The position numbers and the translations under genes are program-made. Source: a virus (Duplodnaviria; Heunggongvirae; Uroviricota; Caudoviricetes). Taken from it: a stretch of DNA of 64,000 bases. How positions within the stretch are numbered: the stretch's first letter is position 1; every line of letters starts with the position of its first letter. The DNA is taken from the IMG/VR virus record IMGVR_UViG_2802428878_000002; one strand, given 5' to 3'. The notes under the pieces were generated by a model. The model saw only the letters and a program-made list of their open reading frames with translations, was not told the origin of the DNA and did not search any database. This document shows, piece after piece, positions 48,497 through 57,020 of the stretch.

Positions 48497-49651
48497 ATGT
48501 CTGCACCAGCAGCCGTTCCCGCACTCAGTGACATCACACACCCGCCCGCCGCCGCTGTCGCACCGCCTGTTGTCGCTCCGGTGGCCGCTCCCGTTGCGCC
48601 CGTTGCACCGCCGGCAGCTCCGGCCACACCAACGGTCAGCCCGGTTGCGCCCGTTGCGCCGGTCGTACCCTTGAACACCGCGGCGCCGATTGTTCCGGCT
48701 CCCACAGCCGTTCTAGATGCCCCGGTTACTTCGTCTGAGCCGGTCCCCGTACCTGCGCCAGCCGCTCCTGCCGTCACTCCAGTGACCGTGGCTGCCGTCG
48801 AGCCGGCACCCTCGACTTCCCCGATCGCCGGAATCGCTCCGGTCACACCGCCTCCGGTCGCGCCATCTGTCACCCCTCCGGTGGCCCCGATCTCTGCACC
48901 AGCTGCGGCTGCTCAACCGGCACAGACCGCAGAACCCGCGCCGGCGCCTGAACCGGTCTATGCCCAGGGCACGGTCGTTGGCGCCGTTGATGTGGCACCA
49001 GTGGTTGCACCGGTTGTCGCAGCACCGAGTGTCGAATCGGTAGCTGCGCAAGCTGTCTCGGTGCCGGTGTCGGACAGCGTGCGGGCATTCGCAGCCCGGC
49101 ACAACATCGACCTATCGACCGTGACAGGAACCGGCAGTCGCGGGCGTATCACCCGCAAGGATCTCGAAGCGATCGTCGCAGCAGCTGCGGCACTTAGCTC
49201 CGAGGCCCCTGTCGCAGAGCCCGAAGTCGCCGCAGCGCCGGTAGCCGAGCCTGTTGCGCCTCCGGTGGTTCCTGCGCCCTCCCCCGCCTCGGTGGCGCCG
49301 GTTATCGTTGAGCCCACCACCACACCGGTGGAACCGGCTCCCGCACCTGCTTTCTCGGCGCCGATCGTCGCCGCCCCGAGCGCCACAGAGGAGCCCGCAC
49401 CTTCGGCTCTTACACCGGCAGCACCCGTTGACTCATCCCCGTCCCAGGTGGTCAGTGGCGGACTCAATCTGCGCGTGCCGATCGACCTGAGTGCCGGGAA
49501 CAAATTCGCGTTCGATGCCGGAACCGACTTGGTAGCGCTTGCTCGCGATGTCCTGCCCGCTCTGAACGTGCTGTCGGCGTTCGTCGAGCTCACCGTCGAA
49601 GGTCCTGCACTTGTGGTCACCGTGGCCGCGACGACGGCGGTCAGCTTGTGA
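48497..49651 (+). CDS. Pro/Ala/Val-rich low-complexity protein containing a peripheral-subunit (E3)-binding-domain-like segment
   Basis: VSDSVRAFAARHNIDLSTVTGTGSRGRITRKDLEAIV (about 49067-49177) matches the PSBD pattern sPlaRklA..gidl..v.GtG..GRItk.Dv. Confidence 0.6.
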   Translation: MSAPAAVPALSDITHPPAAAVAPPVVAPVAAPVAPVAPPAAPATPTVSPVAPVAPVVPLNTAAPIVPAPTAVLDAPVTSSEPVPVPAPAAPAVTPVTVAAVEPAPSTSPIAGIAPVTPPPVAPSVTPPVAPISAPAAAAQPAQTAEPAPAPEPVYAQGTVVGAVDVAPVVAPVVAAPSVESVAAQAVSVPVSDSVRAFAARHNIDLSTVTGTGSRGRITRKDLEAIVAAAAALSSEAPVAEPEVAAAPVAEPVAPPVVPAPSPASVAPVIVEPTTTPVEPAPAPAFSAPIVAAPSATEEPAPSALTPAAPVDSSPSQVVSGGLNLRVPIDLSAGNKFAFDAGTDLVALARDVLPALNVLSAFVELTVEGPALVVTVAATTAVSL

Positions 49652-50445
49652 CCGCTGTACCTTCAGACATCCTCGACAGCCAGGCACTGGGTGCGCAAGC
49701 ACCCGGTGCGCAGCCGATCCTGTTGCCTCGCCCGGTATCTGGCCGCAGCGATGGCCTGATCCCTGTACGTGTTGCTCCCCTGGTCTCGCACGATTCCGAA
49801 GAGTCGGGCGCTGCTGCTGAGAAAGTCACCGAGACTGTCATGGACATGCAGCTGATCGTGGATTACACGAACGCGTTGGCCAAGCGAACAGCCGCCAATA
49901 TCCAGGCCGACAACATCACTGAACTCGCGCAAGCACACGAACACCCGCAGCAGGGTGCCGCGTGCCTGCGGTGCTCGATTCTTGGTTCCTCGCGCAACCT
50001 GACACTGGGAACCACGCTGCTGGAAATTCTCGCGCGCACCAATGCCGACGAAGAGTGGAACCACAGCCAGGAGTGCACGGACACCAAAATCATCTCGCGG
50101 CTGAAGCGATTGGTAGTCAGCGCTACATCCCTGAAAGACATCTACGGCCCCCACTGGGGTCCAGTGATGCTCACATGCCTGCGTATCGAGGCTGCTGATT
50201 TCGCACTGCTGCACCATCTCACGCAGAAATACCAACACAGCAAGGTGCTGACCGTGCACACGCGCGAAGCACTGGCGGCGTACCACCTCGCCATGGTGAC
50301 TTGCCCATTCACGAGCACTGTGCGCGGTACGGCCAATCCGATGCTTCGCAGCGCGGTAGCCGTGCGTCTGGCCACCGCAACCGCAATGGTCGCCGTCGGC
50401 AAGCCACCGGTCTGGCTTGATCACCTGCCTGCCCCGGTTCTGTGA
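49648..50445 (+). CDS. hypothetical protein (265 aa)
   Basis: Translationally coupled (ATGA) to the next gene. Confidence 0.5.
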   Translation: MTAVPSDILDSQALGAQAPGAQPILLPRPVSGRSDGLIPVRVAPLVSHDSEESGAAAEKVTETVMDMQLIVDYTNALAKRTAANIQADNITELAQAHEHPQQGAACLRCSILGSSRNLTLGTTLLEILARTNADEEWNHSQECTDTKIISRLKRLVVSATSLKDIYGPHWGPVMLTCLRIEAADFALLHHLTQKYQHSKVLTVHTREALAAYHLAMVTCPFTSTVRGTANPMLRSAVAVRLATATAMVAVGKPPVWLDHLPAPVL

Positions 50446-51212
50446 ACACTCACGCACAGCCGCTCGACACGGCGATACCGACCCCTGACGGATTCCGCCG
50501 GCTGGACGATCTCGTCCACGGCGACACGGTGTTTGGTTCCGATGGAACCCCGATACCGGTTCTTGCCGTCAACGACATCGGATCCGTTTCGATGGCGCGT
50601 CTGCATTTCGATGACGGCGCCAAGACCGACGTAGCCGCGGAAACTCTGTGGCAGGCTCGTGACGGCGCCACCGGCGCGATCGGCATCTATCGCACCGCTG
50701 ATATCTGCGCCAATCTGGTGCTGCCGGGAGGTGCACCGCGTTGGACGATCCCGACTGCGGCAGCCGTTGCGTTCCCGGAGGCCGCTGGTCTCCCGGTCGA
50801 CCCCCTAACCTTCGGGTCCGAACTGCGCAGCGGCGAGGCTACTGACGCAGGCCTTCTTTGGCGGTACCTCACCGCGGACGTCTCACAGCGGCGCGAAACG
50901 CTCGCCGGTGTACTGGGCACGCGGTCCAGCATCGGAGCGTCGGCTCCCTCCATGGCGCTGGCCGCCGCCGGCTCTCTGATCCGTTCACTGGGCGGACTGC
51001 CCACATGGGTTCGGCACGGAGCCGGATACAGCCTCGTGCCGTTGTGGGGGCGCGACGATGAACTGCGCCGCGAAATCGTTTCGTTCGAGCAGGTTCCCGA
51101 TCAGCCTTGCCGCGCAATCACGGTGGCCGCAGCTGACGGGCTGTACGTCACTGGCGGTGACTTCGTTCTCACGCTCGGCGCCGCGATCGCCGAACAGCGA
51201 GGCGCTGCATGA
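50442..51212 (+). CDS. Free-standing degenerate intein-like (Hint) protein with LAGLIDADG-like remnants
   Basis: N-terminus LDTAIPTPDGFRRLDDLVHGDTVFGSDG is an intein block A lacking Cys1. C-terminus DGLYVTGGDFVLT is an intein block F/G with VLT in place of VHN. Middle region has LAGVLGTRSSIG. Confidence 0.5.
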   Translation: MNTHAQPLDTAIPTPDGFRRLDDLVHGDTVFGSDGTPIPVLAVNDIGSVSMARLHFDDGAKTDVAAETLWQARDGATGAIGIYRTADICANLVLPGGAPRWTIPTAAAVAFPEAAGLPVDPLTFGSELRSGEATDAGLLWRYLTADVSQRRETLAGVLGTRSSIGASAPSMALAAAGSLIRSLGGLPTWVRHGAGYSLVPLWGRDDELRREIVSFEQVPDQPCRAITVAAADGLYVTGGDFVLTLGAAIAEQRGAA

Positions 51213-53182
51213 CAGTCACCGACTTGGCTCCCGCCGCAGATCAAGAGCAGATGGCTTTCCCTGTCGCAGCCCCTGCAACCAACGAGCCACGTGCACTGCG
51301 CGAGTTTCAGATCGAAGCCGCCGATGCGGTATGCGCTGCCTACAACCGTGGCGTCGTGGGACCGGCGGTCGTGCTGCCGACCGGGACGGGAAAAACGACC
51401 GTCATCGCAGAGCTGGCGCGCCGTGAGGTGACCAACAGCGGCCGGGTGCTGCTGATGGCACACCGCGACGAATTGATCAAGCAGATGGCCATTGCCGTCT
51501 CAGCGGTGAACCCGGCCGGCCCCGTCCCCTCGCTGATCGGAGGAGACAATCGCGATGACCCGACTGCTCAGATTGTCTCGGCCACAGTGCAATCACTACA
51601 GACTGAGACAGCCCTAGCCAGAATCGGGCACCGCGACCTCGTCATCGTCGACGAGGCCCACCACGCGCCCGCCCGGACCTACCGCAAGGTGCTCGACCAC
51701 TTCACTGCTCTGGGCGCGCGCCGCGCCGGATTCACCGCGACGATGATCCGTCACGCCCCGAGCAGGGACGAGCCCGCCTTGAGGACCATCTGGGAAGAAG
51801 TGGTTTTCGAGCGGGACATCAACTGGGCCATCGAAAACGGCTTCTTGATCGCGCCAGAAGGCGTGACCGTTGAACTCCCGGAACTTGATGTCTCGAAGCT
51901 GTCCTCCGGTAGTGGCGGAGACATCTCCGACGAGGTCGCTGAAGAGGCGATGATGCGAGAGACCACGCTAAACGCCACTGTCGAGGCGGTGTTGACGCGC
52001 ACCGAGGGCCGCTCATCCATCGTCTTTGGCGCTTCGTTGTTGCACTGCGAGCAACTAGCCAAGTCCCTTGTCGAACAGGGTGTTTCCGCCGAAGTGGTTG
52101 TCGGAGAGACCAAAACCCGCGTCCGTAACGGCATTTACAACCGATTCCGACACGGGAGCACCCAGGTGCTGGTGACGGTCGACGTGCTCACCGAGGGAGC
52201 AGACTTCCCTCGCTGCGAAGCGGTCGTGCTGGCCAGACCGACGCGCAGCCAGTCCAGGCTTGTCCAATGTGTAGGGCGCGCTCTGCGGCCACACACCTTC
52301 GAAGACGGAACCGTCAAAGACACCGCTCTCGTCGTGGACCTCGTGGGCGCCGGATCCCTCGGGCTGATCGTCAAGACCCGCCTGGACCCCGAACACCGCG
52401 AGAAGCCGGAGAGCGACGAAGACGGGTTCGGTTGCTTCTGCCAGCAGCCCTGCACAAGTGACGAGTGCGACTTCTCCTGCACCGGAATAGGTTGTGAATG
52501 CAACTGCACGTGTGCGAACGAGTCGTCTGAGTCAGGTCCAGCCAGCGACCCCGTGTCCAGTGTCCCCTGCACATGCACATGCACGCTGACCTTCGGACTG
52601 TGCCGTTGCGGTTGTGAATGCGACTTGCACCGGGTAGATCCGCTGTGGACTTTCGATCCGGTTACCGGCGACGTCCTAGCCGCCGGAAAACAGCGGCGAG
52701 GCGACTCCAGCTGGTCGCAGCGCACCTCCACGATCCGCTGGGTACACCACCCCCGCGGCCTCGTGCGCTCGGTGTACCGCGCCAACGGCCACAAAGGCGT
52801 ACTGATGCTCGCCGATATGCGTGGTGTCGCCGGGACCGTCGCGGGCCGTGATTGGGCCTTCGGATTCTTCGACAGCACGGTGCACCGCATGTTCTGGGTC
52901 GGCCTCGATGGGCAGTGGACCGAACCGGGTCCCCGGTGCTACCTGCAAGGGCTGAGCCTGGCAGAGGCAGACGCGCTGGCGCAGAATATCTTTCCCGATC
53001 ACATGCGTGATCTCCCCCGCGCAAAGTCCTCCGATGCGCAGATCGACTTCGCGTCGCAATTGGGAGTCCCCGACGCCGGCCAGCTCGACCGCCGTGACCT
53101 CGGTGACCTGATCGCACTCGCCCAAGCCGAGAAGTGGCTCCCGGCCTTCCAGCGCCCCGGCGCCGTTGAAACCGCAGCTTGA
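51209..53182 (+). CDS. SF2 DEAD/DEAH-box helicase with an inserted Cys-rich (about 24 Cys) metallothionein-like cluster and a C-terminal domain of unknown function
   Basis: Walker A LPTGTGKT, DEAH box VIVDEAHH, motifs III and VI (TAT; QCVGRALR). Cys cluster CFCQQPCTSDECDFSCTGIGCECNCTC...PCTCTCTLTFGLCRCGCEC at 52433-52621. Confidence 0.85.
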   Translation: MTVTDLAPAADQEQMAFPVAAPATNEPRALREFQIEAADAVCAAYNRGVVGPAVVLPTGTGKTTVIAELARREVTNSGRVLLMAHRDELIKQMAIAVSAVNPAGPVPSLIGGDNRDDPTAQIVSATVQSLQTETALARIGHRDLVIVDEAHHAPARTYRKVLDHFTALGARRAGFTATMIRHAPSRDEPALRTIWEEVVFERDINWAIENGFLIAPEGVTVELPELDVSKLSSGSGGDISDEVAEEAMMRETTLNATVEAVLTRTEGRSSIVFGASLLHCEQLAKSLVEQGVSAEVVVGETKTRVRNGIYNRFRHGSTQVLVTVDVLTEGADFPRCEAVVLARPTRSQSRLVQCVGRALRPHTFEDGTVKDTALVVDLVGAGSLGLIVKTRLDPEHREKPESDEDGFGCFCQQPCTSDECDFSCTGIGCECNCTCANESSESGPASDPVSSVPCTCTCTLTFGLCRCGCECDLHRVDPLWTFDPVTGDVLAAGKQRRGDSSWSQRTSTIRWVHHPRGLVRSVYRANGHKGVLMLADMRGVAGTVAGRDWAFGFFDSTVHRMFWVGLDGQWTEPGPRCYLQGLSLAEADALAQNIFPDHMRDLPRAKSSDAQIDFASQLGVPDAGQLDRRDLGDLIALAQAEKWLPAFQRPGAVETAA

Positions 53183-53214
53183 CAGACCGACCACGAAACG
53201 CAGGAGGAGGACCG

Positions 53215-54210
53215 ATGTCGATGACGCAGGAAGTGCGTGACGAGTTGAGTCGCGCCACATCAATACACCAGGGGTGCAGGCGTGTTCAGGTCGCAGCTAT
53301 CGTCCGACTCGCTGGTGAGCTTCGTGTCTCCCGTACCGGGCTGACGGTGCACATCGAGGTCGGCACCGGTGCCGTCGCGCGGTACCTGCGCCGGGAAATC
53401 GCAGCGCTGTATGGCCACAAAGCAGTAGTGATCGTGAACAGCGAAACCGGATTGCGCCGTGGTGCCCGTTACACGGTGCGCGTGAGCGAAGGTGGGCGTG
53501 ATCTCGCCCTACAGACTGGTCTCATCGACCTGCGCGGCCGGCCCGTCACCGGGCTACCCGCGATGGTGGTCGGCGGATCACCGGGCGAGGTCGCCGCAGC
53601 CTGGCGCGGCGCCTTCATGGTCGCTGGATCATTGATCGGACCGAGCCGATCCAGCGCGCTGGAGATCAGCTGCCCCAACCCCGAGGTGGCCTTCGCGCTG
53701 ACCAGCTGCGCGCGCCGGCTGGGTGTTCAGTCGATGGTGCGCACGGCTCGTGGCATCGACCGTGTCGTGATTCACGACCATGACAGCATCGGAACGCTCT
53801 TGACCCGAATCGGTGCAGACGAGTCGCGCATCTCCTGGGAGCGGCGAATCGCTCAGCGCGCAATGCAGTCGACCGCAATCCGGCTGGTCAACCTCGATGA
53901 CGCCAACGCGCGTAGATCAGCACGAGCAGCGGCAGCCACGGCGGCCAAGGTGAAGCAGGCACTAGCGATTTTGGGGGCAGAAGCACCCGAGCACCTGGTG
54001 CACACCGGACAGCTTCGCCTGGATCACCGCGAGGCATCTCTGGAAGAGCTTGGGCAGCTCGCCCAGCCGCCCATCACCAAAGACGCTGTCGCAGGCCGGT
54101 TGCGGCGGTTGCTCATCATGGCCGACCGCCGCGCCGCCGGAGAAGAGCAGGACGAGTTCGATTCAGAGCGCCCCGACGGTGGGGCCGTCCGACTCCTGGC
54201 AGGTGCGTAA
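53215..54210 (+). CDS. whiA: WhiA-like DNA-binding protein (LAGLIDADG-derived domains plus C-terminal HTH): paralog 1
   Basis: Aligns by eye along its length with mycobacterial WhiA (VRDELSR...GLPAMVVGGSPGEVAAAWRGAFMVAGSL...RSSALEISCP...NLDDANARRSARAA...PITKDAVAGRLRRLLIMADR). RBS AGGAGGAGG before the ATG at 53215. Confidence 0.85.
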   Translation: MSMTQEVRDELSRATSIHQGCRRVQVAAIVRLAGELRVSRTGLTVHIEVGTGAVARYLRREIAALYGHKAVVIVNSETGLRRGARYTVRVSEGGRDLALQTGLIDLRGRPVTGLPAMVVGGSPGEVAAAWRGAFMVAGSLIGPSRSSALEISCPNPEVAFALTSCARRLGVQSMVRTARGIDRVVIHDHDSIGTLLTRIGADESRISWERRIAQRAMQSTAIRLVNLDDANARRSARAAAATAAKVKQALAILGAEAPEHLVHTGQLRLDHREASLEELGQLAQPPITKDAVAGRLRRLLIMADRRAAGEEQDEFDSERPDGGAVRLLAGA

Positions 54211-54213
54211 TCC

Positions 54214-54456
54214 ATGGATACCACCGATGTGTGCACCTGCCCTGATGGCCGCAATCACGTGGACTGCCAAGAACATCGGTGTAGCGACATTCGCCAAGCC
54301 CTGGACACTCCCATCTGGATTGAGCTCGCCTGGGAGATGGACCTCAACTGGGCGGGCAATGCCGGTGAGTTGTTCTGGCAGCACGGCCGGATCGAGCTGT
54401 GGACGTTCGACCAGCCCCCAACCGAGAAAGCACAGGAGACTAAGCATGTTGAGTGA
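54214..54456 (+). CDS. small Cys/His-containing hypothetical protein (80 aa)
   Basis: ORF directly after whiA-like 1. Confidence 0.4.
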   Translation: MDTTDVCTCPDGRNHVDCQEHRCSDIRQALDTPIWIELAWEMDLNWAGNAGELFWQHGRIELWTFDQPPTEKAQETKHVE

Positions 54457-54715
54457 CTGGGAACCCCACAACATTCCACCTTTCAAGTTGCCTGATATGA
54501 GCCCGCGGCATGCGCCAGAGACCTTGTTTCGGCCGCACACGGTGAACGTTCAGCGCGATCAGGACGCAGAAGTCGTGATCGTCAGCATTTCCGGCAATCG
54601 ACTGTTCAACGGAACACCGCATTTCGGCTGGCTCGATACGTGGGAATGGGATCGCGATCGTGACCCTCGGGAGCCATGGATCGACGACCTTATCGCCGAG
54701 GTGGTGAATCGATGA
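54446..54715 (+). CDS. small hypothetical protein (89 aa)
   Basis: ATG overlaps the previous stop. Confidence 0.4.
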   Translation: MLSDWEPHNIPPFKLPDMSPRHAPETLFRPHTVNVQRDQDAEVVIVSISGNRLFNGTPHFGWLDTWEWDRDRDPREPWIDDLIAEVVNR

Positions 54716-55050
54716 GTCCACGAAGATGGCCCATTGCGGCCGCACTGGCAGTCGTGCTCACCGCCTGCGGGAATGGACCAGCTGAAGGAAAGGTCGTAGA
54801 CACCGAGTACAGCCCCGCGTGGACCCAGTACGTGCCGGGCACCCCGGGATCAACGACATGCAGTGGGAGCCCGCCACGCTGCAACACATATCCCGGCACG
54901 CCGCCACAGTGGATCCCCCACTCGGAATCTTGGCGCCTGAGATTGGACAACGGGAAAGAGATCGGCTGGCGCGAGGTCAGTCGGGAGGAATACGAGGCGT
55001 GCACGCGCGATCAGCACTACCCCGAATGCGCGAAGGGCGAGACTCGATGA
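54712..55050 (+). CDS. putative lipoprotein (lipobox LTAC)
   Basis: Signal peptide MSPRRWPIAAALAVVLTAC|GNG. ATGA overlap with the upstream gene. Confidence 0.5.
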   Translation: MSPRRWPIAAALAVVLTACGNGPAEGKVVDTEYSPAWTQYVPGTPGSTTCSGSPPRCNTYPGTPPQWIPHSESWRLRLDNGKEIGWREVSREEYEACTRDQHYPECAKGETR

Positions 55051-55361
55051 GCTGCCGATACGCGACGAAGCGCCTGTTTCCGACAAGCGAACTCGCCCAG
55101 GCAGGCGCACAGGATATCCGCGCGACAGTGGAATCCGCGGGCCGCACTTTCCAGACGCTCCACCCATACAAGTGCCCCGACGACGCGGGGCACTGGCACC
55201 TTTCGCACTACCCGCAGGGCTTTGCCACCTGCTCATGGTGCCGACGTCGCGCGGAGGCCTGGTACGGCGGGAAGTTCTGGGTGATGGCCGCACACACCAC
55301 CGACGGCGGGCCTTGCCTGGGCGTTGGCGGCATGGGCAGCGACGGAGGTGACTCCCTGTGA
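55047..55361 (+). CDS. hypothetical protein with the Cys/His domain CPDxxHWHLS..PQG.A.C.WCRRR.EAWYGG..WVMAAH: paralog A
   Basis: Shares the N-terminal CRY... motif and the Cys/His block with the 60650-61609 protein. Confidence 0.5.
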   Translation: MSCRYATKRLFPTSELAQAGAQDIRATVESAGRTFQTLHPYKCPDDAGHWHLSHYPQGFATCSWCRRRAEAWYGGKFWVMAAHTTDGGPCLGVGGMGSDGGDSL

Positions 55362-55445
55362 GCGATGCGCCGATGCCCCACCAGACCCTGTGCACGGGTC
55401 GCTTTCCTGCCTCGGGTCGTCAGCAGCCTGAGAGGAGCAAATGAT

Positions 55446-55703
55446 ATGGGGCGAACCCCGTACCTGGCCACGCTGACCGAGAATGGCACCCAGATCGAGC
55501 ATTCCGACGCCTATGCACACAACTCGGCTGTCCGTAAGTCTGAAGCTCTGGTACGCAAACACGCCCGCACCCGTGGGATCACATTGACCGGTGACAAGCC
55601 GACTCGTGACGGCACCGTGTACACCCGCCGCTGGCACGCATCAACCTGCGAAGTGATAGTCACAGTACGGCCGAAGTCGCCTGTACCCGAGGAAACCCCA
55701 TGA
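55446..55703 (+). CDS. small hypothetical protein (86 aa)
   Basis: ATG after GGAGCA. Confidence 0.4.
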   Translation: MGRTPYLATLTENGTQIEHSDAYAHNSAVRKSEALVRKHARTRGITLTGDKPTRDGTVYTRRWHASTCEVIVTVRPKSPVPEETP

Positions 55704-56017
55704 GCGCCGCCGAGGTGCCCACGAGCATCGCCCAGCAGTACCCAGCGCGCACCGACACCAACGGAAACACCTGGTACCGGCCAGTGCGTCCCAAGGGATT
55801 TGACTTCGATCAGTGGGGCTGGACGTCCGACCCCGCGCAGGCTGATCCGAGCTACGCAGCCGATGCGGCGTCCTGCACCTTGACGGCGCCGGGCACTTCG
55901 TTGACGCCGGAGGACCGCGCTGCTGTCTTGGAGTTTCGGCAGTACCTCGCCGGTCTGCCCCTCCCATACGTGCCGGTTCTCGTCGACGTTCCCAGCCACA
56001 CCACTGATCAGGGATAG
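55700..56017 (+). CDS. hypothetical protein (105 aa)
   Basis: Coupled ORF. Confidence 0.4.
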   Translation: MSAAEVPTSIAQQYPARTDTNGNTWYRPVRPKGFDFDQWGWTSDPAQADPSYAADAASCTLTAPGTSLTPEDRAAVLEFRQYLAGLPLPYVPVLVDVPSHTTDQG

Positions 56018-56026
56018 GAGTATCCG

Positions 56027-56980
56027 GTGAATCCACTGACGCAACAGGTCAAATACGAACTGAATCGGGTACTTCCGTCTCCCTGCGACAAGCCTTCGAC
56101 CAGACGTGCGCAGGTCTCAGCGATGCTGCGCTTCGGCGGCGGGTTTTTCAGTGAGGGCCGCCGCTGCTGGATCGACGTCGAGCTCGATACGCTCGAAGCC
56201 GCGGTGTTCTTGCGCGACGAGATCACCAAGCTCTTCGACGCGGCGCCGCGCGCGTTCGAGCTCTCGGCGGGAACCTTCAAGGTGCGCCAGATACATCGCG
56301 CCCACAACCTAGCGGTGCAGGTGGGCCTGCTCAGCCCGTCGGGTCGACCGGTGGTAGGGATGGCGCCGACGGTGGTCGCCGGCACACGCGCTGACGCGGC
56401 AGCCGCACTTCGCGGTGCGTTCTTGGCACGCGGACAGATCATCACCCACGAGCTCCGCCGACCTCGCCTCGAGGTTGTGTGCCCGACTGCCCCAGCGGCG
56501 ATGGCACTCGGTGGGTTCGCCCGCCGCCACGGAGTACAGAGTCAGATGCGCGAATACACCCGCGACGGAGTATCTGTCGACGTATTCGAGATTCGCAAGA
56601 CCCCGGAGATGGGGAGATTCCTCATAGCCGTGGGAGCACCTGAAGCTGCGCACACCCTCATGAGCACGCACCGCGAATCGATGCGCGTCGAGAACCTCGA
56701 GGCTGCCAACAGCTCCAGGTTCATCCAGGCGGCACACGACCAAGCCGAATCAGTGGGGCGTGCGCTCCGAATCCTCGGCGATGACGTGCCACCACAGCTG
56801 GCAGAGGCGGCGCGACTACGCCTGGAGAACCCGGAAGCCCGAATGAGCGAGCTTGCAGCCAACGCCGATCCACCGATCACCAAGGACGCCTACGCCGGCC
56901 GAATCTGGCGCCTGCTGCAGCGCGCAGAAGAGCGCGCGAGGGACTCGGCAGCAGATTCCGACAATGCCGCCGCTCGATAG
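56027..56980 (+). CDS. WhiA-like protein: divergent paralog 2
   Basis: Same block order as WhiA (VKYELNRV...; AAALRGAFLARGQI; ENLEAANSSRFIQAA; PPITKDAYAGRIWRLLQRAEER). Confidence 0.7.
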   Translation: MNPLTQQVKYELNRVLPSPCDKPSTRRAQVSAMLRFGGGFFSEGRRCWIDVELDTLEAAVFLRDEITKLFDAAPRAFELSAGTFKVRQIHRAHNLAVQVGLLSPSGRPVVGMAPTVVAGTRADAAAALRGAFLARGQIITHELRRPRLEVVCPTAPAAMALGGFARRHGVQSQMREYTRDGVSVDVFEIRKTPEMGRFLIAVGAPEAAHTLMSTHRESMRVENLEAANSSRFIQAAHDQAESVGRALRILGDDVPPQLAEAARLRLENPEARMSELAANADPPITKDAYAGRIWRLLQRAEERARDSAADSDNAAAR

Positions 56981-57002
56981 ACCGCAACCATCACTAGTGA
57001 TA

Positions 57003-57020
57003 TTCTCTATTTTAGAGAAT
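57003..57020. promoter_or_regulatory. Palindromic motif TTCTCTATTTTAGAGAAT, copy 4, abutting the start of the 57021 gene
   Basis: Read directly. Confidence 0.5.

Noticed and set aside
48469-49620. Minus-strand ORFs 48469-48873 and 48958-49620; nucleotide repeats resembling a repeat array
   Set aside because: Frames of the PAV-rich gene. The periodicity comes from a Pro/Ala/Val-coding low-complexity sequence, not CRISPR or other spacer-repeat structure.
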